Shown: in pieces, positions 40,588 to 48,422 of the stretch
Layout of the letters: the number at the start of each line of letters is the position of its first letter
Position numbering within the stretch: the first letter of the stretch is position 1
Source of the DNA: Bdellovibrionales bacterium
GTDB taxonomy: Bacteria > Bdellovibrionota > Bdellovibrionia > Bdellovibrionales > JAUICD01
NCBI GenBank assembly: GCA_965203275.1
Contig: OZ241865.1
Coordinates: 1,344,001-1,408,000, forward strand
Reading direction: 5' to 3'
DNA: 64,000 nucleotides
Position numbers and translations under genes: made by a program
Notes under the pieces: generated by a model
Database searches by the model: none
What the model was told of the DNA's origin: nothing
Seen by the model: the letters and a program-made list of their open reading frames with translations, nothing else

Positions 40588-41505
40588 TTAATGAGAAAGA
40601 CTTGATGCTCCTCCTAGCTGTATCGCAACAGAGGCTACAAAAGCAAGATGTGTTACACGATTTAAAAAGAAAGTGCCATCACGACCAATAATAAATAAAC
40701 TATCTTCTTTAACTCCTACATCTTTGCTGATCAAAGCTAAAACAATACTTCCCCAACCTCCCATAAATACAACTATAAGGCTTATAGCCCACCAAAATGG
40801 ACCTATAGGCAAAAAAGTGCTTACAAAATAACTAATAACAAAAACAATAGAACCTGCAATAAACCAACCTTCTAAAGTTCTACGATGGGTGATTTTAACC
40901 CATTTTTTTTTACATAAATGAGAGATTGTGAGGTGAATATGGTTGAATAGCTCAACTAATAAAATAAGATAAATAAGATAAAAAGCTCCATCAGATAAAA
41001 GTACAATCCAAAGAGTATGTAAAAATCCCCATCCTATAAGCAGACATGCCAATAAACTTAAGCAGGTTAATTGCAACATATTTTGAGGAGATCTGTTTTT
41101 AATAACAGCAATTAAAGGAAGCAAGCCTAAATATATCATAGGAAGCAAGTTGTATAAGAGTTTTCCTTTAAAAACAGCAACCCCAGCAAATAGCAAAATA
41201 AAGATATAAGTCAACCAAAGATAGCTCACTTGATGATATATACCTGTGATTTTAAAAAATTCTTTAGTGGCCAAAAGGGCAACACAGGTTAAAGTGATAA
41301 CAGCTAATAATTGGTAAAAACCAATCATAATTATAATGATAGGAGCTAAAATAAACCAGCTTTTGATACTCACCCATTGTACTCGACTTAGAATGCTTTT
41401 GTTACGAAAAGGAAATATCAAAATAGCTACAGCAATTAAAAATCCAAAAGTTAAACAAGTGATTGTTGGAATATCTGTGTGATGGAATAAATATATGCCG
41501 GCCAT
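40588..41505 (-). CDS. Phosphatidate cytidylyltransferase family membrane protein (divergent)
   Basis: Multi-TM; KEFF, RRTLEG, SKDVGVK.....G..G..LNR resembling CTP_transf_1 motifs. Confidence 0.65.
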   Translation of the reverse strand: MAGIYLFHHTDIPTITCLTFGFLIAVAILIFPFRNKSILSRVQWVSIKSWFILAPIIIIMIGFYQLLAVITLTCVALLATKEFFKITGIYHQVSYLWLTYIFILLFAGVAVFKGKLLYNLLPMIYLGLLPLIAVIKNRSPQNMLQLTCLSLLACLLIGWGFLHTLWIVLLSDGAFYLIYLILLVELFNHIHLTISHLCKKKWVKITHRRTLEGWFIAGSIVFVISYFVSTFLPIGPFWWAISLIVVFMGGWGSIVLALISKDVGVKEDSLFIIGRDGTFFLNRVTHLAFVASVAIQLGGASSLSH

Positions 41506-41518
41506 GTTGCTTCTTCTC

Positions 41519-41905
41519 TTATTCGCTATTAATAGGTCGTGTTAAGGTCAAGCACCTCAAAATATCATAAGCAATTTTTTGGCATAGACTGCGATATTCA
41601 GTGTTTCCTTCAATGTATCTACGTATTGAAATATAATCATCTAGAAAATTCTCATCTGTGTTCATTAACCTTTCAATGACTTCTTGGGTTGGAAAGTCGT
41701 GAATAGGGAGATTAGAACTCAACATTAACTCTACAAACAAAACATCACCTGTGTCAGGATCATAAGCCGTGCCTCCTATAATATCAACCTGTAGCTGATA
41801 GCAAACATTTTGTTGACACACAATGGTTTGAAAATCATCCGCATCTTGAGCTAATACATTGATACTGAAAATAATCATTATAAAATATAAAATTGATAGT
41901 TTCAT
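41519..41905 (-). CDS. Hypothetical secreted protein
   Basis: AAGGAG RBS, signal peptide ending VLA. Confidence 0.6.
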   Translation of the reverse strand: MKLSILYFIMIIFSINVLAQDADDFQTIVCQQNVCYQLQVDIIGGTAYDPDTGDVLFVELMLSSNLPIHDFPTQEVIERLMNTDENFLDDYISIRRYIEGNTEYRSLCQKIAYDILRCLTLTRPINSE

Positions 41906-41981
41906 AGTTTCTCCTTTCTATTAAAAGTATGATTCAAAATATTTGATTGGTCAAACAATTAAATTATGAGATAATATATTT

Positions 41982-42647
41982 ATGCAAGAAAAACCTACGT
42001 TGTATACATATTTTAGAAGTTCTTCAGCTTATCGAGTACGTATAGTACTTCATTACAAACAAATTAAGTTTATATCTCATGCTATTCATTTACTTAAGGG
42101 ACAACAGCACAGCAAAGAATATTTGCAAAAAAATACCATGGGACAGGTGCCTTTCTTTCAACATAATCAGGTAGGCCTTATTCAATCTATGAGTATCATA
42201 GAATACATCGATGAAGTGTTTGCTGGACCAAAGGTTTTTCCAAAAGATTTCAAGTCTTGTATTATTGTAAAACAAATATGTCAAATGATTAATTCAGGTA
42301 TTCAACCCTTACAAAATTTATCTGTAGGTCAGAGACTTACTGTTCAATTTCAAGCCTCTCAAGAAGACATCAAAAAATGGAATACTCATTGGATTGCAAA
42401 AGGTCTTACAGGAGTAGAAAGGTTTATTCAAACTTATGCTGGTCAATATACTTTTGGTGATGAGATCACTGTTGCAGATGCTTTTTTAATTCCGCAAGTT
42501 TATTCTGCTCAACGTTATAATGTAGATATGACTGGCTTTCCTTATATTAATCAAATTGTCAAGAATTGTCATTTATTAGAAGCTTTTCAAAAAGCCCATC
42601 CTGATCAACAAGATGACAGCCCTTCTCAGCATAAAAAACTTTCATAG
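41982..42647 (+). CDS. maiA: Maleylacetoacetate isomerase (GST zeta)
   Basis: LYTYFRSSSAYRVRI, IQPLQNL, AD.FL.PQV..A.R, AHPD.Q.D. Confidence 0.93.
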   Translation: MQEKPTLYTYFRSSSAYRVRIVLHYKQIKFISHAIHLLKGQQHSKEYLQKNTMGQVPFFQHNQVGLIQSMSIIEYIDEVFAGPKVFPKDFKSCIIVKQICQMINSGIQPLQNLSVGQRLTVQFQASQEDIKKWNTHWIAKGLTGVERFIQTYAGQYTFGDEITVADAFLIPQVYSAQRYNVDMTGFPYINQIVKNCHLLEAFQKAHPDQQDDSPSQHKKLS

Positions 42648-42733
42648 AAAATAGACACTGTAAAACATGATAAATAATACAACAAATAGGTCTTATTAAG
42701 TCTTTTCCCAAGCATCACTACTAGTGAAATTTA

Positions 42734-43267
42734 CTAGTGAAATTTTTGATCTTCAAAAAAATTCACATTAGCAAGCTTAAAAATATGTTGATTTTCATCA
42801 TATTTATAGATATTGATGCGGGCAGATAAATTCTTCTCATACCCAGGGACAAGAATTTCTAATTTATTATCTCCATCTATATCATGGAGAGCTAAGTTGC
42901 TGGACACTCCTTTAAAATTAATATAAGCATCCCTACCAAAAAAAAGTGGGATACGACTTAATAACAAAGGAGCAGACTGAACATCTGAAGTGTTGCCATA
43001 TATTTCTAAGAAAAATTCATTATTTGTTCTCACTTTAATAACTTTTGTTTTCTGCCCATTATAAAGCAAATTACCTGTAGCCGTTGAAAGTACCTCTCTT
43101 TGATGTGATGTAAATTTTGCATGAAGTTTTTCTCTGACATCATCGTTCAAGACACATACAGTACTCACACAAAAAAGTGTCAGAGCCACAGCATAAAGGG
43201 CAAAATTCAAACAATCTTTAAAAGTGATGTTTTTAATAAAAGTGATATTTTTAATATTTTTTATCAT
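42734..43267 (-). CDS. Hypothetical membrane-anchored protein with an FG-GAP-like motif
   Basis: N-terminal TM helix; NLAL.DIDGD..LEI.VP. Confidence 0.6.
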   Translation of the reverse strand: MIKNIKNITFIKNITFKDCLNFALYAVALTLFCVSTVCVLNDDVREKLHAKFTSHQREVLSTATGNLLYNGQKTKVIKVRTNNEFFLEIYGNTSDVQSAPLLLSRIPLFFGRDAYINFKGVSSNLALHDIDGDNKLEILVPGYEKNLSARINIYKYDENQHIFKLANVNFFEDQKFH

Positions 43268-43535
43268 TTTCTATTATTTCCCCATTTCCATTTATATCTC
43301 GAATATCTCAAATATCTCGAATATATTTATTTTTATTATAACACAATATCTCCTATAAACAATATCGGTTAAAATTAAAAAATTTATTATATAATAATTA
43401 TATTTAAAAAATAAAAAAGTGTCTCTAAATAAGACACTCCTCACCTGAGTTGTCTAAAATACTTGACACTAAATAATTGACACTTTTCGTAAACAAAAAA
43501 CATAAAAATAATATCAAAAAATAAACAGATAAAAG

Positions 43536-43563
43536 TAAAGTTTTTTGCAGTTTTTACCGAAAA
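43536..43563 (+). promoter_or_regulatory. Possible sigma28 (FliA)-type promoter
   Basis: TAAAGTTT-N12-ACCGAAAA upstream of the FQNC lipoprotein gene. Confidence 0.4.
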
Positions 43564-43632
43564 ATAATTAAGTATTGTATATGAAGATTTAGTTTCAGCT
43601 TTTATTTTATTTATATTTGGAGGTATTTATAT

Positions 43633-44823
43633 ATGAATAAACATGAAAAATATTTATATATTTTGGTTGGTAGTTTATTTGTTTTAATGATTGGATTTCA
43701 AAACTGTGATTCATCAACATCTTTATTAAATGCAGAAAATAAAGAACATCCTGCTATTCTTCAAGATACATCATTTAATGCTATAGAAGATGCATTAAGT
43801 ACATCTATTAAACCTATCCGAGCTACATTGGTATCAGACGATGCTCAAACTCCTAGAGATTATTTTTCTATTTATAGCAATATCAAACTATCTTTGACAG
43901 ACTTATTACCAGAATCTTCTCAAAATCAAAGCTTTACATGGAGTATTGAAAAAATATTTCCACAGGGTGTTGTTTTTCAACATACAGTGACTAATGAACA
44001 ATCAGAATATATATATACTTTCCCTCAAGTAGGTGTTTATGATGTTTCTGTCACATCACACCAAGAAGAGAATGCAAACAATGCTGAATCCATTAGAGGA
44101 CATAAAAAACTTGTCGTAGGCCTTTGCAATGAAAATCAAAATATTTTAGAGATCACTTTAAGTGAGGGAACACTTCAACCTAACACAAAATCTGCTTTCA
44201 CCTTGAGCTACTTTGACGAGAATGAAGCTGCTATCTCTAACGTGCTGTGGCAAGTGACACATCACAATAAGAACGTTGCTACTTCTAATAACAATGATCC
44301 AAGTAAATTGGTAACTCAATGGGGTAATATATCAGGAGAAACACTTGTAGAAATTTTTGCTCAATTTGAAGGGAATGATTGCATTTTTCATAGACAAAGA
44401 TGGGTCAATATAGATCAAAACATACGCCCTCATTTTAATTATGTGCGACCTGTTGATGATCACTCTGCCAATATAGCTCTACTTAATAATGATACTTATG
44501 TGTATGTCAGGAGCAGTGCAAACACATCTGTTTTGTTAGATATTCAAAATGCAGATAAGTGCTTATTTAATGGAAAGATTGTACCAGATTGCAATGGTTC
44601 TGCATGGGATTTAAGTCAGGAGAGTCCCAGCACAGAATGTCAGGAAAATGAATTTACAGTCACAGCTTACCGGAACGATAATCAATTAAAAGTTTCTGAT
44701 TCTTTTTATAGTTATTGTCCTGCCAATGATGACTTTTGTGCTTTTGGCCCTCAAAGATATAGACCTGATGAATATAGATGCCATCCTCTTGTGTCAGAAG
44801 TTACTAACTCTGACAGCATATAA
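43633..44823 (+). CDS. FQNC-lipobox lipoprotein with PKD/Ig-like segments
   Basis: GGAGG RBS; MIGFQNC; YTF..VGVYDVSV PKD-like motif. Confidence 0.7.
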   Translation: MNKHEKYLYILVGSLFVLMIGFQNCDSSTSLLNAENKEHPAILQDTSFNAIEDALSTSIKPIRATLVSDDAQTPRDYFSIYSNIKLSLTDLLPESSQNQSFTWSIEKIFPQGVVFQHTVTNEQSEYIYTFPQVGVYDVSVTSHQEENANNAESIRGHKKLVVGLCNENQNILEITLSEGTLQPNTKSAFTLSYFDENEAAISNVLWQVTHHNKNVATSNNNDPSKLVTQWGNISGETLVEIFAQFEGNDCIFHRQRWVNIDQNIRPHFNYVRPVDDHSANIALLNNDTYVYVRSSANTSVLLDIQNADKCLFNGKIVPDCNGSAWDLSQESPSTECQENEFTVTAYRNDNQLKVSDSFYSYCPANDDFCAFGPQRYRPDEYRCHPLVSEVTNSDSI

Positions 44824-44829
44824 TAATTT

Positions 44830-45636
44830 TTATTTTTCGGCTACAATATAGGCAACCCAAGACTGACAATCTTCACCTGTTTCTGTCTTTGTATAATGAC
44901 CATCCCCTTCACCATCAGAGGTTGTACCTTCCCAATAAACATGACTTTTGCTAAAGCCAGCTTCTGTCAAAATATCTCTTAACTCTGGAATACTCCACAT
45001 TCTCCAATCATAACTGAAAACCTTAAGACGCTTTTTTTCTCCTTTGAGCTTAAAATGTATATCAAACCGAGCATAGTTAGATACAGGATCGAAACTAGTC
45101 TGATCCCAAAAATAACTAAAGCCGTTATGTTTGACCTTTTCTTCATTTGGTTCATAACATTCTGACCCACCAAAACAATCTATGACAAAAAGACCTTCTT
45201 TGTAGAGTTTCTTATGCACTAAAAGAAAATATTTAAGCATTTCTTTTCTTGTTTTAAAAAGATAATATGAAAAATTATTAGCTACAATCATATCAGCTGG
45301 AGGAAGATTTTGAGAAAGTACACTTGCATTACAAGTTTTGATGCGGTTTTGTTGGCTTGCTAGCAGTTTTGCGTAATGTGTTTTATAACCATATTCTAAA
45401 GGATGAAAATCAATATCTACTCCTATAGCTTCTCTGTAGCTTTTAGATTTGACCCATTGACAACATACAATAAAAGTACCACAAAAATCTTCTCGCAAAA
45501 GAGCTAATCTTTTCCCTGGTCTAAGCTCCTGCCAAATCTTTTCAAAAAACTCTATATCAGCTTCTGGAGCTTGTACAGAGGCAATGTAATACTTATATTT
45601 ATCAAATGGTTTAGAAGTAGCAGTTTTTTGAGCCAT
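44830..45636 (-). CDS. Class I SAM-dependent methyltransferase
   Basis: Y..SVQ.P..D, LREDFCGT, GVDID, NFSY, F.YDWR.W..PE. Confidence 0.82.
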   Translation of the reverse strand: MAQKTATSKPFDKYKYYIASVQAPEADIEFFEKIWQELRPGKRLALLREDFCGTFIVCCQWVKSKSYREAIGVDIDFHPLEYGYKTHYAKLLASQQNRIKTCNASVLSQNLPPADMIVANNFSYYLFKTRKEMLKYFLLVHKKLYKEGLFVIDCFGGSECYEPNEEKVKHNGFSYFWDQTSFDPVSNYARFDIHFKLKGEKKRLKVFSYDWRMWSIPELRDILTEAGFSKSHVYWEGTTSDGEGDGHYTKTETGEDCQSWVAYIVAEK

Positions 45637-45675
45637 AATTTTATTAGACTTAGCAAATATTTTGATCGCTGTCCA

Positions 45676-46671
45676 CTAAAAAATATTTTGATAAGCAGGT
45701 GAAGAAAGAATTGGAAATTTCTTAAGTTCTTTTTGTCTTATTTGAGAGATCATGTTTTTTTGATCTTGTCTCCAAATCAAATGTATGTGAGGGCCAGCAT
45801 CCATACTGACCAAAGGTCCATCTTTATTTTTCTTCCAAAACTTATCTAAAATATTTAATACTTCAACTGTTTGAGGTTTTAAATAAGAAAAGCTAGGGAT
45901 AGATGTATGAAATAAATCCATCATATCTAAAAACTCCTCTTGAACTGTCTGATAAAGGCCTTTCCAATTGTTTTGCTTCAGATAAGTTATAAAAGTAGAG
46001 AGACGTTTTTCTGCCCTTTGAGGTCTACCTCTATAAAGAGGACTACTTAAAACCATTCTGTGAGCTTGTGAAGAAGATATATGTTTCTTTTCAGATGAAA
46101 CCAAAACAGCTATATGAATCCAATCTTTTGGAAAATCTATAGGCAGAAGTTCCCCATCAGGTCTCCATAAACATCCTGGGAAAAAGCTCCGACAGGCAGA
46201 CCCAGAACCTCGACGGCTTAAATGAGCCATTTCCATATCACTTAATTGTTGATCTGCTATTTCTTTCAAAGCTTTCGCAAAAGCTTTTGTTAAAGCTGCA
46301 AAACTACTAGCAGAGCTAGCAAGCCCTATATCAGCAGGGAAGTTATTATGAGATCGCACAATAAAAGGTTGCTTAACCCTAAATCGATATTTAAGATATT
46401 CTAAGTGTTTTAAAAATCGCTTCTGTCCTTGTGTAGAAATGCCTTTCAAGCATTGAAACTGTCCTCCTGCAATATGAAAAGAAGATTGACTTTGACTTGC
46501 TAAAAAAATATCTTGTTGAGATGTTTTATTAATCTCTAACTGAACAGTGCTGGTTAAATGATCTAAAGTCCAAGAAAGTGATGAATGTGTAGGGGTATTT
46601 TCTCTATCAGAAGCTTTACCCATGTATTTGATAAAGGCAAGATTGGCTGGGGCTTGAGCTTGAAAATTCAT
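45676..46671 (-). CDS. mvaD: Diphosphomevalonate decarboxylase
   Basis: PANLA.IKY.GK, NNFP..GLASSAS.FAAL, SR.GSGSACRS, MDAGP. Confidence 0.92.
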   Translation of the reverse strand: MNFQAQAPANLAFIKYMGKASDRENTPTHSSLSWTLDHLTSTVQLEINKTSQQDIFLASQSQSSFHIAGGQFQCLKGISTQGQKRFLKHLEYLKYRFRVKQPFIVRSHNNFPADIGLASSASSFAALTKAFAKALKEIADQQLSDMEMAHLSRRGSGSACRSFFPGCLWRPDGELLPIDFPKDWIHIAVLVSSEKKHISSSQAHRMVLSSPLYRGRPQRAEKRLSTFITYLKQNNWKGLYQTVQEEFLDMMDLFHTSIPSFSYLKPQTVEVLNILDKFWKKNKDGPLVSMDAGPHIHLIWRQDQKNMISQIRQKELKKFPILSSPAYQNIF

Positions 46672-46679
46672 GATGACAC

Positions 46680-47000
46680 CTAAGTAACCTGTTTTTGAAG
46701 CCATGAAAGATAATCAGAGTTACCTTCAATTATTTTGTAAAAAACCACACACGGGCAATGATAGCTGTGCAGTTTTTTCACACATTCTATCACTGCCTTG
46801 CTATGTTTTTGGAGTGTTTTGACAATCAAAACAGATTCATTGGATTGCTCTAAAGCATTTTGTGGGTTATGATAAAAAGATTGTACGGACTCATGGATAT
46901 TCGCACAAGCAATAAGTTTATCTTTTAAAAGAGCCACAGCTAAAGCTTGTGCTTCTTTTGTATCTTTGCATGTAATATATCCTAAAATCATTTTACTCAC
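46680..47000 (-). CDS. cutA: Divalent-cation tolerance protein CutA
   Basis: EA..LA..LL..KL.AC.N, E..L..KT, LHSY..P, GN..YL.W. Confidence 0.9.
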   Translation of the reverse strand: MSKMILGYITCKDTKEAQALAVALLKDKLIACANIHESVQSFYHNPQNALEQSNESVLIVKTLQKHSKAVIECVKKLHSYHCPCVVFYKIIEGNSDYLSWLQKQVT

Positions 47001-47134
47001 TTATTTTGTGTTTATTTTGCGTTTATTTTGTGTTTTTAAATATGAATTCTTTTGTTCATTAACAAAATTCAAAAAACATAATATAAATTATTTATACAAA
47101 CCAATAGCATTAGAGTCAATAGTCATTTGTTTTG

Positions 47135-47514
47135 TTTCTCTAAAAGTGGTCTGACCTCTGTCTCACTAAAAGTAAACCAACCTCTGTTTCACTCAAAGTG
47201 AACTGGCCTCTGTTTCACTAAAAGTGGTCTGACCTCTGGTCACTTTCTGGTTGCCAGCCGAAGGCTATCGTTCACTCAAAGTGAACTGGCCTCTGGCCAC
47301 TTTTGGACAATGACCGCAAAGGCTTTCGCCTTTGACAAAATGGTCATTGTCTCAAAAGCCTGTTCACTTTGAGTAAGGAGGATCTCTTCGTCTCTTGACA
47401 CGATATTAAGGAAACAAGAGTTTATTTCACGTCGATAAAATGATCATCGCCTAGAAAGCCTGACCACTTTTAGTAGGGAGGATCTCCTCATTTTTTAACA
47501 CCATGTTAAGGAAA
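47135..47514 (+). repeat. Stack of module A fragments: three 26-nt heads, a half copy, a full A + tail and a right-half A + tail
   Basis: Units 47135-47160, 47161-47186, 47187-47212 each end CCTCTG; 47213-47270 ends in the P4 loop; full copy 47271-47414; right half 47432-47514. Confidence 0.92.
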
Positions 47515-47527
47515 CAAGATTTCTTTC

Positions 47528-47677
47528 TGATGCCGGCTTGCCGGACTGCCGGATTCCAGATGCCGGATTCCGGATTGACATGATGTTAGGGAAATAAGAT
47601 GTTCACTCCCGGGATCTGGGATCCGGCAATCTGGCATACCGGGAACTGATGCCGGATCCCGGGTTGCCGGATCCCAG
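47528..47677. repeat. Degenerate heptamer arrays with an internal tail-like motif
   Basis: GATGCCG/GATTCCG/GATCCCG units; TGTTAGGGAAA; TTCACTCCCGGGATC similar to 36834. Confidence 0.8.
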
Positions 47678-47751
47678 AAAAAATCAATTTTAACTTTAAG
47701 TGTTTTTACACAACTTGTATAAATAAGCTCCTAATTTATCAGCTTGTTTTG

Positions 47752-48125
47752 TTTCACTAAAAGTGGTCTAGCCTCTGGCTACTTTCTGGCGATGACCACG
47801 ATGGCTTTTGCCATCGATAAAATGGTCATCGCCTAGAAAGCCTGACCACTTTTAGTAGAAAGGATCTCTTCGTTTTTTAACACCATGTTAAGGAAAAAGT
47901 TCTTTTTTTTTGTTTTTTTATTTTTTTTAGATTCTGCGTAACCATCAAACAAAAAATAATTAGGGAGAGGATGGGGCAGTGGGAGACTGAAGATCTTCCG
48001 CAAATTGAGCTTGCTCCTTAAAAGCAAGCTCAATTGAGGACTTCGGAAGGCTCACACTGCCCTATCCTCAAATAAAAATAAAATGGAAAAAAGCAGAATC
48101 GAAGGGCGGTGGGTGGGGTTAGGGA
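47752..48125 (+). repeat. Full composite element A + tail + B
   Basis: Same order as 40154-40530; ends GGGCGGTGGGTGGGGTTAGGGA. Confidence 0.92.
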
Positions 48126-48179
48126 TAATCCTTTTGTTGCCGGGGTCCCGGAGGGAGAATATCCGTATTTCACTATCGA

Positions 48180-48262
48180 TGTGTATTATATTGATACAGA
48201 ATCTTAGAAAAATTATATATTTTTTACTTTTTTCGTTGAATTGTCGATAAGTCGTTTATAAT
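48180..48262 (+). promoter_or_regulatory. Promoter block shared with the pilin gene (57804-57885); sigma28-like -10 GTCGATAA
   Basis: TGTATTATATTGATACA.AATC.TAGAAAAAT.ATATATT...AATTG[T/C]CGATAA...GTTTATAAT at both loci. Confidence 0.65.
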
Positions 48263-48278
48263 GACTTTAAGGAGTTGG

Positions 48279-48419
48279 TTCACTAAAAGTAAACTAGCCT
48301 CTGGCTACTTTTGGACATTGCTCTGACAGCTATCGCTGTCCAAAAAGAGCAATGTCTCAAAAGTCCGTTTACTTTTAGTAGAAAGGATATCCTCATTTTT
48401 TAACACGATGTTAAGGAAA
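48279..48419 (+). repeat. Module A + tail located between the RBS and start codon of the giant pilin-like gene
   Basis: TAAGGAG at 48268-48274, element, then ATG 48423. Confidence 0.88.
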
Positions 48420-48422
48420 AAA

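Noticed and set aside
45676..46671. Mevalonate-pathway gene as a novelty
   Set aside because: To my knowledge mevalonate genes already occur in Bdellovibrio; nothing unusual is visible in this copy.
47135..47240. Mini CRISPR array
   Set aside because: Units are truncated heads of module A with no repeat-spacer alternation.
47985..48052. Hammerhead ribozyme in module B (CTGAAGA)
   Set aside because: The 40154 copy has CTGGAGA, and no GAAA/stem III/cleavage triplet arrangement is present.
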